Shown one piece after another: positions 51,973 to 63,289 of a stretch of 64,000 nucleotides of DNA. The stretch lies in contig OZ242186.1 in NCBI GenBank assembly GCA_965205675.1, positions 1,824,001 to 1,888,000 on the forward strand. The letters are read 5' to 3'. Numbering within the stretch: the first letter of the stretch is position 1; every line of letters begins with the position of its first letter. The translations under genes and the position numbers were made by a program. Below the pieces are notes generated by a model. It was given only the letters and a program-made list of their open reading frames with translations. It did not search any database and was not told where the DNA came from. This DNA comes from Nitrosopumilus sp. GTDB taxonomy: Archaea; Thermoproteota; Nitrososphaeria; Nitrososphaerales; Nitrosopumilaceae.

Positions 51973-53403
51973 CTACATCAAAGAAACATCATGAGGTTGA
52001 CTTTCTGCAAATCCAGCTCTTGACATTTTGATAAATTCTGCATTTTCTTGCATTTGTGGAATTGTATGTGCACCACAATAGCTTAATCCAGAACGTATTC
52101 CACCTGTTAATTGTTTTAGAATATCAGTTACAGTTCCTTTGTATGGAACCATTGCCTCTACACCTTCTGCAACATAGTCATTAAGATCATCATCAAGGGA
52201 CATTGAGCCTGTTTCTTTAGATTTTCTTCCTAGGGAGGCAGCTAAAGAGGCCATGCCACGATAAACTTTGAATCGTTTCCCATTTTTAGTTAACACAGTA
52301 CCAGGAGATTCATCAGTACCGCCAAGCATACTGCCTACCATCACAGTTGATGCACCAGAAGCTAATGCTTTAGTTGCATCACCTGAAGTCCTAGTTCCAC
52401 CATCAGAAATTATTGGAACACCATGGTCCTTGCCTACTTTTGCACAATCTATTACGGCAGTTAATTGTGGAACTCCAGAACCTGTAATTACTCTAGTGAT
52501 ACAAATTGAACCAGAACCTACACCTACTTTTACTGCATCTACACCAGCTTTAATCAAGTCTTCAGCACCTTGAGCAGTTGCAATATTTCCTGCAATCAAT
52601 TCACAGTTTGGAAATGCTTTTTTGATATTTCGTACAGTGCTAATTGCATTTGCACTATGTCCATGAGCAATATCAACAACAAGAACATCGACTCCCGCTT
52701 CTAAAAGAGATTCACTTCTTTCTAAAAAGTCACCTTTTACTCCAACTGCTGCACCAACTAGAGGTCTACCTTTCTTATCTTTAGAGGCATTTGGAAAATT
52801 TTCATTGTTAGTGATATCTTTACTTGTAATCAAACCCTTGATTATTCCTGAATCATCAACTATTGGTAATTTTTCAATTCTATGTTTGTGTAAGATGTCT
52901 TTAGATTCGTCTAATGTAACACCAAGTTTTGCAGTTACAACATCTTTTGTCATTACATCTTGAATTTTACTAGTTTTGCTTGCAAATAACAAATCTCGTT
53001 CAGTGACAATACCGATTAATTTTGAATCAGGATCAACAACTAAAAGTCCCGAAATCTCTTTATCTTCTGCATAATCTAAAGCATCTTCAATAGATTTCTC
53101 AGGGGAAATGGAGTAAGGATTTTCAATCATAATACTACCTGATCGTTTTACTTTGAGAATCTCATTTGCCTGCTCTTTGATTGTCAAAAATCTATGAATG
53201 ATGCCTATGCCCCCAGCACGAGCCATGGCTCCTGCCATAGAAGATTCAGTCACAGTGTCCATATTTGCACTCACAAAAGGGATGTTAATTGTAATATTTC
53301 GAGATAATTGTGTACTTAGATCTGTTTGGCTTCTACTAGTGATATCTGAATATTTGGGTACGAGAAGAACGTCGTCAAAAGTTAATCCTTCTTTGAATTC
53401 CAA
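51973..53403 (-). CDS. guaB: IMP dehydrogenase
   Basis: LTFDDVLLVP, MDTVTE, CBS pair, GSGSICITR, YRGMAS. Confidence 0.97.
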   Translation of the reverse strand: MEFKEGLTFDDVLLVPKYSDITSRSQTDLSTQLSRNITINIPFVSANMDTVTESSMAGAMARAGGIGIIHRFLTIKEQANEILKVKRSGSIMIENPYSISPEKSIEDALDYAEDKEISGLLVVDPDSKLIGIVTERDLLFASKTSKIQDVMTKDVVTAKLGVTLDESKDILHKHRIEKLPIVDDSGIIKGLITSKDITNNENFPNASKDKKGRPLVGAAVGVKGDFLERSESLLEAGVDVLVVDIAHGHSANAISTVRNIKKAFPNCELIAGNIATAQGAEDLIKAGVDAVKVGVGSGSICITRVITGSGVPQLTAVIDCAKVGKDHGVPIISDGGTRTSGDATKALASGASTVMVGSMLGGTDESPGTVLTKNGKRFKVYRGMASLAASLGRKSKETGSMSLDDDLNDYVAEGVEAMVPYKGTVTDILKQLTGGIRSGLSYCGAHTIPQMQENAEFIKMSRAGFAESQPHDVSLM

Positions 53404-53433
53404 TGAAACCTTGTTAAGAAAGTAAAATATCGA

Positions 53434-54315
53434 TTATAAGCCTTTGTGTTGTTTTAAGAGTTCAGAGGCGATCATAATTGCATCTTTTGTTGCTCCTACA
53501 TTATGGGTACGAATAACATCAGCTCCATTTATCACAGAAACTGTTTCGGCGGCAATTGAGCCAAATAATCGATCATTTGGATTTTCTTTTTTCAGAATTT
53601 TTCCAAGAAATGATTTATTTGAAACAGAGATCAAAACAGGAAATTTCCGTTTTATGGAATTTAGGTTTGTTAATATAGATAGATCTCTTTTTAACCAATC
53701 AGTTTTAATTTTTGTAAAAAATGGACCTTTACCTGTTTTTCTGAAAAATCCAATAGCAGGATCTAAAACAATCTTTTTAGAAGAAATATGTGATTTTTTT
53801 GCTATCTTTAAGCTATCTTGAAGTAATTTTTTAGTTACAAGTACGTTATTAGCACTACTGACAGTTTTTGGACTATATGCACATAAAATTAAAGAGGGGT
53901 TAAATTTTGAGATCACTTTTTGCATTTGTTTATCATATTTTAATCCGGAAATATCATTAATGATTTCAACATCATGTTCTAAAGCATCTTGTGCAACTTT
54001 TGCCCTACAAGTATCAACAGAAATTGGAAGATTGGAAAAATTTTGAACTATTTTAATCGCATCAAGAATTCTTTTTGATTCTATTTTTTCTGAAACTGTG
54101 GTAGACAGATATGGTGCAGTAGACATTCCTCCAATATCAATAAAATCTGCACCCTGAGATTCCATCAGTTTAACATTATTTTTTATGAGAATTTTACTAG
54201 TACTAACAGATTTTTTATGAAACGATTCAGGACTGGTGTTTAAAATACCCATAATACGAACCGGATTTTTTCCACCTACACACACATTGCCAAGTTTAGC
54301 CACATAGTTTATCAA
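53434..54315 (-). CDS. folP: Dihydropteroate synthase
   Basis: MGILNTSPESF, DIGGMST, INDISG, SNKSF, IRTHNV. Confidence 0.92.
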   Translation of the reverse strand: MINYVAKLGNVCVGGKNPVRIMGILNTSPESFHKKSVSTSKILIKNNVKLMESQGADFIDIGGMSTAPYLSTTVSEKIESKRILDAIKIVQNFSNLPISVDTCRAKVAQDALEHDVEIINDISGLKYDKQMQKVISKFNPSLILCAYSPKTVSSANNVLVTKKLLQDSLKIAKKSHISSKKIVLDPAIGFFRKTGKGPFFTKIKTDWLKRDLSILTNLNSIKRKFPVLISVSNKSFLGKILKKENPNDRLFGSIAAETVSVINGADVIRTHNVGATKDAIMIASELLKQHKGL

Positions 54316-54327
54316 ATCTAATATAAT

Positions 54328-55074
54328 TTGAGTGATATGATGATTTCAGGTTGGAAAAAGAGATATCAAGAGATTTTAAAAGAATTCAACTATAGTGAAA
54401 AAAAGGATAAAGAGTCAGCTATTATTTTAAATTCAATCCTAAAGAAAATGGATACTAGCAAAAAAATTAGAGATTTGGTGAAAGGAAAAACAGTTTTAGT
54501 TATCGGTTCAGGTCCATCATTATCATCAGCTATTTTAAAATTAAAAAATTATAAAAAAATTGTAAAGATTGCTGCAGATAGTTCAATAAAACCACTGATA
54601 GAAAATGGAATCATACCAGATATCATCATAACAGATTTGGATGGAGATAAAAAAACGTTAAAAAAAATTGGAAGAACCAGTTCTATTTTTATTGTACATG
54701 CACATGGAGATAATATAGAAAAATTAGAATTTGTTAAAAAATTTAAAAATTGTATGGGAACAACACAATCTATTCCTTTTGATAAAATACAAAACTTTGG
54801 TGGTTTTACAGATGGGGACAGAGGAGTTTTTCTCGCAAATTATTTTCAAGCAAAGAAAATTATTCTCTTTGGCATGGATTTTGGGGAACAGATAGGAAAA
54901 TTTTCAGAAACTAAAAGAGCAGATAGAAAAATAAAATTAATGAAATTAAAACGAGGAGAATTTCTTTTAAATTGGCTATCTACATTTACAAAATCAGAAT
55001 TATTTACAACCTCAAAGCCAATTAAAGGATTTAAAAAAATATCATACAAAGAACTTGATATTATAATTACCTAG
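54328..55074 (+). CDS. mptE: 6-hydroxymethyl-7,8-dihydropterin pyrophosphokinase (MptE-like)
   Basis: GSGPSL, AAD, TDLDG, HAHGDN, GGFTDGDR. Confidence 0.88.
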   Translation: MSDMMISGWKKRYQEILKEFNYSEKKDKESAIILNSILKKMDTSKKIRDLVKGKTVLVIGSGPSLSSAILKLKNYKKIVKIAADSSIKPLIENGIIPDIIITDLDGDKKTLKKIGRTSSIFIVHAHGDNIEKLEFVKKFKNCMGTTQSIPFDKIQNFGGFTDGDRGVFLANYFQAKKIILFGMDFGEQIGKFSETKRADRKIKLMKLKRGEFLLNWLSTFTKSELFTTSKPIKGFKKISYKELDIIIT

Positions 55075-55109
55075 AATGCATTTAATACCCATTCTTCATT
55101 AAACAAATT

Positions 55110-55676
55110 ATGAAATTCTCAGAGGACCAAGTAAAAGAGATTGTTGCTTTGAAGGAAACTTTGATCGAGCAAATTGGTAAACATCAAGAAGGGATAGAGA
55201 TGCTAGAAAAAAACATTACAGTATTAGATCTGTTCCTAAAAGACTCTAGTTTTACAAAAGCTTCTCAATTAAAAACAAGAAAAGAAGAAGTTAAACCAGA
55301 GATCATAGAAAAACCTGTAGAAAATTCAATTCCAATTAAAAGAGTAAATGATGGTAAAATTATTGCCAATGCATTTGTAACACCAGATCAAGTTTCCATA
55401 ATTTTAGATAATGAAATTGCAATTAATGCAGACACACCACCTTTCAAATCATTTTTTTTAGATAGAATAATTGGAGAAATGAAAAAGAAAGACTCCAGAG
55501 AAGCAGAAAATGGGAAAATCCAGAAAGAATCGATAATTGAATATATTATTAACAAAAATGGTGCAGACATCAGAGAGATAATAATCAAAAATTACAGGCA
55601 GAAAGAAAGAGTAAATGAATTGATTAACACAGCAGGGTGGTCACTAACAAGAATGCTTGAGAACGTAAACAAGTGA
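55110..55676 (+). CDS. Hypothetical protein
   Basis: 188-aa ORF with N-terminal coiled coil, co-oriented with guaA. Confidence 0.8.
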   Translation: MKFSEDQVKEIVALKETLIEQIGKHQEGIEMLEKNITVLDLFLKDSSFTKASQLKTRKEEVKPEIIEKPVENSIPIKRVNDGKIIANAFVTPDQVSIILDNEIAINADTPPFKSFFLDRIIGEMKKKDSREAENGKIQKESIIEYIINKNGADIREIIIKNYRQKERVNELINTAGWSLTRMLENVNK

Positions 55677-55680
55677 TGAT

Positions 55681-57204
55681 ATGGATAAGATTGTAGTTTT
55701 AGATTTTGGATCACAGTATAGTCATTTAATTTGTAGAAGAATCAGAGAATTTTCTGTTTATGCAGAACTTGTTCCATATGATATTAGTTATGAAGAATTG
55801 CAAAAACTAAAACCGATAGGAATAATTTTTTCCGGAGGTCCATCAAGTGTTTATAGTTCAAATGCTCCAATTCCAGAAAATAAAATTTTTGATATGAATT
55901 TACCATTACTTGGAATTTGTTATGGTCATCAATTGATTGTTAACAAATACGGAGGCAAAGTCAAAAGAACAAATAAAGAATATGGTTCATCACTACTAAC
56001 AATTGATAATGATGAAGATCTTCTAAATGGGGTTGGTGAATCAGTTAGAGCATGGATGAGTCATGGTGATGAAGCAGAACAAATCCCGAAAGGCTTCAAA
56101 GTGATTGGCCATACAAAAAGTGCAAAAGCAGCTGCAATTGCCTCAGAAGAAAAATCAATCTACGGTATCCAATTCCATCCCGAAGTAGTACATACAGAAC
56201 AAGGTACAGAAATTCTCAAGAATTTTGTTTTGAAGGTCTGTGGTGCTAAACCAGATTGGACCATGGAAAATTTTATTGATACAGCTGTCAAAAAGATTTC
56301 AAGAGTTGACGGTAGTGTTCTTTGTGGAGTTAGTGGAGGAATAGACTCTACAGTTGTAGCATTATTAATTCATAAAGCAATTGGAGATAGGCTAAAGTGT
56401 GTTTTTGTAAATAATGGTTTGCTACGGTTAAATGAAGAAAAAGAAATTGAAGAGATGTTTAAAGATAATTTCAAAGTAGATTTTACATCAGTAGATGCAT
56501 CCAAAGCATTTCTTGGGAAACTCAAAGGAATAGAAGATCCCGAAAGAAAAAGAAAAATTGTAGGAGAAGAATTCATTCGGGTTTTTACTGAATTTGCAAA
56601 AGAAAATGGCCCTTTCAAATGGTTAGCTCAAGGTACATTATATCCAGATGTGATTGAAAGTGGAGTGTCAAAAGGCCCTGCTGCAGTAATCAAATCGCAT
56701 CACAATGTAGGGGGATTGCCAGATTGGCTCAATCTAGAGATTTTAGAACCAGTAAGGGACCTGTACAAAGATGAAGTAAGACAAATTGCAAAAATTCTTC
56801 AGGTTCCAGAAAAACTTTTCATGAGACATCCATTTCCAGGTCCAGGTTTGTCAGTTAGGATAATTGGCGAAGTTACTCCAACAAAACTAGAGACTTGTAA
56901 AGTAGCTAGTAAGATTGTAGAAGAAGAATTGATGGATGCTGGCTTGTATGAAAAAGTATGGCAAGCATATGCAGCAGTAGGAGACGATAGAGCAGTAGGG
57001 GTTGTAGGAGATGAGCGTCGATATGGAAACATAGTAATGATTAGAGTAGTAGATTCAATTGATGCAATGACTGCAGATTGGACAAGATTACCACACGGAT
57101 TATTAGAAAAAATGAGTAACAGAATAACAAATGAAATTGAAGATGTTACTTGGGTTACCTATACCATTTCAAGTAAACCACCGGCAACAATTGAGCCACA
57201 GTAG
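55681..57204 (+). CDS. guaA: GMP synthase (glutamine-hydrolysing)
   Basis: LDFGSQY, GICYG, QFHPEV, SGGIDS, KSHHNVGGLP, KPPATIE. Confidence 0.97.
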   Translation: MDKIVVLDFGSQYSHLICRRIREFSVYAELVPYDISYEELQKLKPIGIIFSGGPSSVYSSNAPIPENKIFDMNLPLLGICYGHQLIVNKYGGKVKRTNKEYGSSLLTIDNDEDLLNGVGESVRAWMSHGDEAEQIPKGFKVIGHTKSAKAAAIASEEKSIYGIQFHPEVVHTEQGTEILKNFVLKVCGAKPDWTMENFIDTAVKKISRVDGSVLCGVSGGIDSTVVALLIHKAIGDRLKCVFVNNGLLRLNEEKEIEEMFKDNFKVDFTSVDASKAFLGKLKGIEDPERKRKIVGEEFIRVFTEFAKENGPFKWLAQGTLYPDVIESGVSKGPAAVIKSHHNVGGLPDWLNLEILEPVRDLYKDEVRQIAKILQVPEKLFMRHPFPGPGLSVRIIGEVTPTKLETCKVASKIVEEELMDAGLYEKVWQAYAAVGDDRAVGVVGDERRYGNIVMIRVVDSIDAMTADWTRLPHGLLEKMSNRITNEIEDVTWVTYTISSKPPATIEPQ

Positions 57205-57212
57205 GGATAAGA

Positions 57213-57569
57213 ATGGAATATGAAAAAATTTGTGAACAGATTTTAGAATGTGATGATGATATTCGATATGTAGGGATTTATGATTTTGGAGAACTATATG
57301 ATAAAATGCGACCTGGATTAAAAAATCATTTATCAAGAGAAGAAACAGAAATGTCTTTGTCCCAAGCAGTTTATCGATGGTCTACACGTAAAAAAACTGC
57401 AGATAAAATTGGAAAGCCAATTTATGCATTATCAAAATATGAAAAAATCTACAGAATAACTATTCCAATTGGAGGTGCAGGACTAGTTCTAATCAGCACC
57501 GAGTTAAATGCCAATGTAAATTTAATTATAGAAAAAATTATAACAATTAAAGATCAATATTCATCATAA
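57213..57569 (+). CDS. Roadblock/profilin-like small protein typical of Thaumarchaeota
   Basis: CEQIL..DDIRYVG...IGKPIY...YEK pattern. Confidence 0.7.
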   Translation: MEYEKICEQILECDDDIRYVGIYDFGELYDKMRPGLKNHLSREETEMSLSQAVYRWSTRKKTADKIGKPIYALSKYEKIYRITIPIGGAGLVLISTELNANVNLIIEKIITIKDQYSS

Positions 57570-57572
57570 TTT

Positions 57573-57842
57573 GTGGTTGATGTGGATTTTCATGTTTTTG
57601 ACACATATGTAAAAGCAAAAGATGGGCATACAATGCATTTTGATGTAGTTACAGAAACAAGTGATATAGAAAAAGCAATCTCATTTGCTAAAATATGGCT
57701 AAAATCTATTGGAGAAGAATCATCCACAGTAACTACAAATGAATGTAAGTTTTGTCACACACAATCTGTTCTCGAGGATATGGAGATCGAAATCATGATA
57801 GACGGATATTCTATTTCGAAGATGGAAGGGTGTCCAAATTAA
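57573..57842 (+). CDS. DUF2024-like protein
   Basis: HVFDTYVKAKDGHTMHFDV, CKFCH, MEGC. Confidence 0.75.
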   Translation: MVDVDFHVFDTYVKAKDGHTMHFDVVTETSDIEKAISFAKIWLKSIGEESSTVTTNECKFCHTQSVLEDMEIEIMIDGYSISKMEGCPN

Positions 57843-58702
57843 AGCACACATGCACCAAAAACACCTGCAGAATCACCTAGTTTATTTTTCAAAATAGGAG
57901 TATCCACTAGGTCTGAAAATACTTTGTTGTGCACTGATTCTTTTCCCTCAGTGTACAAAAAATCAATATTTGATAAGCCACCGCCTAAAACAATTGCATC
58001 AGGATCCAAGATATCAATAACATTTGCAAGACCGTATCCAAAATTTTCTATAAACTCATGTTTCCATCTTTTTCCATGTTCATTATCAATACTAGTAATA
58101 ATATCTGGAAGGGATTGGGATTTTCCTGTGAGATTAGTCCAATGATTTTCAAGAGAAGGGCCGCTAATGTAAGTCTCTACACATCCAGATTTTCCGCAAT
58201 AACATTGACGTCCATTACGATGTAATGTATGATGACCCCACTCACCACAGATATTTGTTCGTCCAGGATACAGTTTCTTATCAATTATGATTCCACCACC
58301 TACGCCAGTACCAAGTATGGCGCCAAAAACTAAATCAAAATTAATAGCTGCACCCAGTGTTGCCTCAGCTAATGCAAAACAATTAGCATCATTTTCTATA
58401 GAAATTTTTCTTTCTGTCTTATTTTCCAGATCTTCTTTTAGAGATTTTCCAATAAGACATTGTGTATTACTGTTTTTAATTAATCCAGTTTGTTTAGAAA
58501 TTGCGCCAGGTGTACAAATTCCTAATGAAAAATCAGAGATATTTTTGGATATTTCTGATACAAGATAAGAGATAGAATCTAGAATTCTTTGATAATCATT
58601 TTGAGGTGTTGGAATTCTTTTTCTTTCAATAACATTCAATTTTTCATCCAATAAAATAGACTCAATTTTAGTACCACCTAAATCAACACCTAATTTGTAC
58701 AT
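57839..58702 (-). CDS. ROK family sugar kinase
   Basis: GVDLGGTK, ENDAN, LGTGVGGG, GEWGH, CYCGKSGCVE. Confidence 0.93.
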   Translation of the reverse strand: MYKLGVDLGGTKIESILLDEKLNVIERKRIPTPQNDYQRILDSISYLVSEISKNISDFSLGICTPGAISKQTGLIKNSNTQCLIGKSLKEDLENKTERKISIENDANCFALAEATLGAAINFDLVFGAILGTGVGGGIIIDKKLYPGRTNICGEWGHHTLHRNGRQCYCGKSGCVETYISGPSLENHWTNLTGKSQSLPDIITSIDNEHGKRWKHEFIENFGYGLANVIDILDPDAIVLGGGLSNIDFLYTEGKESVHNKVFSDLVDTPILKNKLGDSAGVFGACVL

Positions 58703-58746
58703 TAATTATATACAAAAACTAAAACGCTTAAGCTTTAACTAAGATT

Positions 58747-60369
58747 TTAGCCCATAGGAGGCATGCCGCCACCGCCCGGAGCTCCAGATATGGCGATAAC
58801 ATCATCAATTCTAAGAACCATACATGCTGCTTCAGTGGCAGATTTGATAATTTGTTCTTTAACTACAATTGGTTCTACAACATTAATTGCCATCATATCT
58901 GCAATCTTCATATTTTTAGCATCAATACCAGTCCATTTTTGACCTTGATTTTGTTTTGCTCTAAGGTTAGCCATAGTATCAATTGGATCCATTCCTGCAT
59001 TTTCTGCTATAGTTAATGGAATAGTTTCAAGGGCTTCTGCATATTTCTTAATTGCAAGTTGTTCTCTACCATCAAAATTATCAGCCCAATCTTTGAGTAA
59101 TGAGGCTGCAAATGCTTCAGGGGCACCGCCACCAGCTACAATTGCTGGTTTTTCAATAACATCTTTTACTACCATTAAAGAATCATGAATTGAGCGATCT
59201 ACTTCATCAATTACTCTTTGAGTTCCACCACGAATTAACATTGTAACTGATTGTGGGTGTTTACATCCTTCAATGAAGACCCATTTGTCAGATTCAACTT
59301 TCTTTTGGTGAGCCAAATTTGCAGCGCCAAGATCATCTTCTGAGAGATCATCAAGATTACTAATTACGCGTCCACCTGTAGCTTTAGAGAGTTTAATCAT
59401 GTCACTTTCTTTTACACGACGTACTGCCATGATACCATATTTTGCAAGATAGTGTTGTGAAATATCATCAATTCCTTTTTGACAAATTAACACGTTAGCT
59501 CCAACATCATGTAGTTTGTCAACCATAGACTTTAACATTCTATTTTCTTCTTCTAAGAACATCTGCATTTGTGTCGGGTCAGTAATTCTAATTTCTGAAC
59601 TTAATTCAGTTTTTTCAATTTCTAATGCAGAATTCACTAGTGCAATTTTTGCATTTTCAATTTTTGTAGGCATTCCACTGTGAACAATTTCTTTATCTAA
59701 AACAATTCCTTTAACAATTTGAGTATTATCTATAGAGCCACCAGCCTTCTTTTCTACTTTGATATTTTCAATATCTACAGAGTAAGTATCACCTTTTTTT
59801 GTTGCAATGCTAAGTATTGCATCAACTATGATTTTAGAAAGTAATGAACTGTCTTCAGAAATTAATTTTGATTGCATGCTTGTTGTTGCAATTTTTAAAA
59901 GAGATGCCTTATCATCAGGCTGTATTTGTTTTGCTAAATCGGAGTAAATTTCAAGAACTTTATCAGATGCTGCCTGATATCCATCAATAATAGTTGAGGC
60001 ATGAACATCTTTGTTGAGAAGATCTTCTGCTCGTGCTAATAATGCACCTCCAAAAATTACAGAAGATGTAGTACCATCACCTACTTCATTATCTACAGTT
60101 TTAGAGATTTCAACCATCATTTTAGCCGCTGGATGCTGAACATCAATTTCTTTTAGAATTGTCGCTCCATCATTTGTAATAGTAACATCACCTAAGGAAT
60201 CAACTAACATTTTATCAAGACCTCTAGGTCCAAGACTACTTCGGACTAGTTGTGCTACCAATTTGGCTGCAGCAATATTATTTTGTTGGGCATCCTTACC
60301 TTTTTGCTGTAATGCACTCTCTTTGAGAACTAAAACAGGTCCATTTGGTCCTTGCTGAATTGATGCCAT
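58747..60369 (-). CDS. ths: Thermosome (group II chaperonin) subunit
   Basis: [23 protein letters not shown]. Confidence 0.96.
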   Translation of the reverse strand: MASIQQGPNGPVLVLKESALQQKGKDAQQNNIAAAKLVAQLVRSSLGPRGLDKMLVDSLGDVTITNDGATILKEIDVQHPAAKMMVEISKTVDNEVGDGTTSSVIFGGALLARAEDLLNKDVHASTIIDGYQAASDKVLEIYSDLAKQIQPDDKASLLKIATTSMQSKLISEDSSLLSKIIVDAILSIATKKGDTYSVDIENIKVEKKAGGSIDNTQIVKGIVLDKEIVHSGMPTKIENAKIALVNSALEIEKTELSSEIRITDPTQMQMFLEEENRMLKSMVDKLHDVGANVLICQKGIDDISQHYLAKYGIMAVRRVKESDMIKLSKATGGRVISNLDDLSEDDLGAANLAHQKKVESDKWVFIEGCKHPQSVTMLIRGGTQRVIDEVDRSIHDSLMVVKDVIEKPAIVAGGGAPEAFAASLLKDWADNFDGREQLAIKKYAEALETIPLTIAENAGMDPIDTMANLRAKQNQGQKWTGIDAKNMKIADMMAINVVEPIVVKEQIIKSATEAACMVLRIDDVIAISGAPGGGGMPPMG

Positions 60370-60412
60370 TTAGATTAGCTTCAATCCACCAAATCCCCCT
60401 TTTTAACATTAC

Positions 60413-62176
60413 TTAGTAGATCGCTGGTATGTAACTTCGTTTTTTTATATCAACAATTCCACTAGAAAGAATTCTAACTGATGGCAGAGCCAAGAAAGGT
60501 AAGAATAGTGGAATCAGATGTGGTTTAGAAAAGTTAGAACCCGAATCTACAATAGTGTTATTGATTTTTTTAAAATTAGATGAAACTTTTTCAAAAGAAT
60601 CTGTAGATACAATACCTCCAAATTGTAAAGGTAGAGAAGCAAGGATTTTTCCAAATTTAACTACAACAAGGCCACCTTGATTCTTGATAAGATGATTGCA
60701 TGCAACTGCCATATCAGAATCATCAGATCCAATTACAATCATGTCATTTTCATGAAAACTCCAAGTTGAAGCAAAAGCACCAATATCTGCGCCAAAATTT
60801 TCCAGAAATCCCATAGAATGTTTACGAGTTCCATGAACTCTATCAAATGCAGCAACTTTCCAAACATCAAGATCAGAAGAGGCAGATACATGACCGTTTA
60901 TAGAACAAAGTTCAGCAGATCCTAACTTTGTAATAATCTCAGTTTGCATATAGATAGTATTTGCAATAACATCTTTCTTTTTGGATTTTAAAATAAAATC
61001 ATTTTTTGAAAAATTTTTTAATTTTACAGTTTTTTTAATCCAAGATGGAATTGTTTGTTTTTTAATCGATGTGATTATTTGTCCATTAGATACTATTAGC
61101 TTACCTCCAAGAAAGACTTTGTTTGGTTTAAATGATTTCAAATCATCAAAAACTAGAATATCAGCCAATTTTCCAGGAGCTAAACCTCCAAGATCTTTTC
61201 CCATATTGTAATAATCAAAATTATTCTTAGATGCCATTGTGATTGCATCTATTGGTTTTAGACCAAGTTTGATTGATTCTCTTATGCAATGATCTATGTG
61301 ACCGAACTTGGATATGTCAAGTGGATCAAGACCATCAGAACAAAACATTAATTGATTAAGATATGTCCCATGAGACAATACACGAGGAATTATTTCTTTC
61401 AAATCACGTCTAATAGAACCCTCTCTAATCATTATCCACATTCCAAGACGTAATCTTTCTAAAACCTGATCAAAGTTGATTGGTTCGTGACACGATAACA
61501 CTCCAGATGAAACATATGCGTTAAGTTTTTTCTCACTTGCACCAGCAGTATGCCCATTTATTATACAATCACATTCCAACATTGATGAAAGTGATTTCAT
61601 GGTTTTTGGTTCACGTAATGTAACTTTAGTCCAAGAAAAAACTTCACCTAATCCAAGAACGTGGGGATGTTTTATTGCAGATTTTTCTTGTGATAATGAT
61701 AGAGATTTACTACTACTAAATTTTGCATCTACTGGAAGACCTCCTGGCACTACTTGAAAAATTCTAATTGGCAGATTCTCACCAAGTTTAAGAAATTCTT
61801 GAAAACCTCGATATCCAGCAACACTTACGATATCAATAGGATCAGAGAATAGAGATGTCACTCCACAGAGTAAAGCCTTTTTTGCAAATTCAGATGGTAA
61901 CACAAATTGATCAATATGTAAATGAGGATCTGCAAATCCAGGACTAACATATTTTCCCTTTAGATCGATTACAGTAGTTTTAGGGCCTGTTGTATGTGTA
62001 GCATTAGGACCAACATACGCAATTCTATCATTAGTAATAGCAATCTGAATTTTTGGAATTATTTCTCTTGTATACACAGAAAGTAAATTACAATTTTTTA
62101 AAATCAGATCGGCTTTCTTATCACCCATTGCTACGGAGTTAAGAGATAAGATCGAATTTGCTAGGCTCGAAGTCAC
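60413..62176 (-). CDS. ade: Adenine deaminase
   Basis: PGFADPHLH, GLGEV, NGH, HE, IREGS, G.LAPGKLAD. Confidence 0.9.
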   Translation of the reverse strand: MTSSLANSILSLNSVAMGDKKADLILKNCNLLSVYTREIIPKIQIAITNDRIAYVGPNATHTTGPKTTVIDLKGKYVSPGFADPHLHIDQFVLPSEFAKKALLCGVTSLFSDPIDIVSVAGYRGFQEFLKLGENLPIRIFQVVPGGLPVDAKFSSSKSLSLSQEKSAIKHPHVLGLGEVFSWTKVTLREPKTMKSLSSMLECDCIINGHTAGASEKKLNAYVSSGVLSCHEPINFDQVLERLRLGMWIMIREGSIRRDLKEIIPRVLSHGTYLNQLMFCSDGLDPLDISKFGHIDHCIRESIKLGLKPIDAITMASKNNFDYYNMGKDLGGLAPGKLADILVFDDLKSFKPNKVFLGGKLIVSNGQIITSIKKQTIPSWIKKTVKLKNFSKNDFILKSKKKDVIANTIYMQTEIITKLGSAELCSINGHVSASSDLDVWKVAAFDRVHGTRKHSMGFLENFGADIGAFASTWSFHENDMIVIGSDDSDMAVACNHLIKNQGGLVVVKFGKILASLPLQFGGIVSTDSFEKVSSNFKKINNTIVDSGSNFSKPHLIPLFLPFLALPSVRILSSGIVDIKKRSYIPAIY

Positions 62177-62246
62177 TTCTTTTAATTGGGTTTTGCGCCT
62201 ATTATAGATTCAATGCTTAAATTACGGTTGAAGAGGTTTTGTTGAT

Positions 62247-62528
62247 ATGAACATCCCTAAGGTGATCAGAAAGTATTGTGCAAAATGTAAAACACATACT
62301 GAACAAAAGGTCTCCATTTACAAAGCTGGAAAAAGACGTGGTTCTGCCAGAGGTGAGCGTAGACATGCAGAACGTAAACAGGGATATGGTGGACAAAAGT
62401 TTCCAAAATTAGCAAAACCAGCCAAAGTTACAAAAAAAGTTACTCCTCTTATGACATGTACTGTTTGTAAAAAGAAATACAATAAAAAAGGCGTTAGAAT
62501 TAAGAAATTTGAGCTGGTGGCTGCATGA
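62247..62528 (+). CDS. rpl44e: 50S ribosomal protein L44e
   Basis: YCAKCKTHT, GYGGQKFP, KVTKK, CTVC. Confidence 0.96.
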   Translation: MNIPKVIRKYCAKCKTHTEQKVSIYKAGKRRGSARGERRHAERKQGYGGQKFPKLAKPAKVTKKVTPLMTCTVCKKKYNKKGVRIKKFELVAA

Positions 62529-62722
62529 AAAAAGATCATGTGGGAATTCCAAAACCATCAAGCAAATTTCAAAAAGTTAATTGTAACGAATGTGGTGAAA
62601 TACAAGTTATTTATTCACATGCATCAACACAAATTGCATGCAATTCCTGTGGAAACACCATTTCAGAACCAACAGGATCAAAAGCACAAATTAACGGTAG
62701 AATCTCAGGCAGTGCTGAGTAA
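62525..62722 (+). CDS. rps27e: 30S ribosomal protein S27e
   Basis: PSSKF.KVNCNEC...CNSCG...PTGSKA. Confidence 0.95.
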   Translation: MKKDHVGIPKPSSKFQKVNCNECGEIQVIYSHASTQIACNSCGNTISEPTGSKAQINGRISGSAE

Positions 62723-63289
62723 ATCATAATCTTGTTTAGAATTTAGATTAAAAGCCACTCTTTTATCATCAATTATAATATAATTTTCAATTAAGGTTTC
62801 TAGAGATAAGATTTTTTCTGAATTTATCAAAGAAAGTCCGGTGTAATGACAGATTTGTCCATCAAAAGTGACAGAGTAATCAGATTCTAAACCAAGGGTT
62901 GTTAAAAATTTGTTAGTAACCAAAATACTAGTCCAAATCTTTTTAGGATCAAATTGATTGATTATTATTTGTATTATTTCTTTATCCAAAAACGGTAAAT
63001 CACCAGATACGACTAGAATAGAATCATGAATAGTTTTTAATGTTGAATTTAGATCTTCAACATAACCAATTCCGGATGTATCAAGAGTTTCAATATTATT
63101 TTCTTCTAATAGTTTTTTTGTTTTAGGAGAATTGCAACTAGTTGCAGCTAATATTTTTGAAAAAGATTTTGAATTTTTTAATGAATCAACTACATGCAAT
63201 ATTATAGGTTTTTTATATTTGAGTAATAATTTTTCATCAGTTAAATTCATTCGAGTGCCTTTACCACCAGCCATAATCAATCCAATCAT
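62705..63289 (-). CDS. cobY: Adenosylcobinamide-phosphate guanylyltransferase (NTP transferase)
   Basis: MAGGKGTRM...EK, GYVEDL, GDLP; adjacent to cobS. Confidence 0.85.
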   Translation of the reverse strand: MIGLIMAGGKGTRMNLTDEKLLLKYKKPIILHVVDSLKNSKSFSKILAATSCNSPKTKKLLEENNIETLDTSGIGYVEDLNSTLKTIHDSILVVSGDLPFLDKEIIQIIINQFDPKKIWTSILVTNKFLTTLGLESDYSVTFDGQICHYTGLSLINSEKILSLETLIENYIIIDDKRVAFNLNSKQDYDLLSTA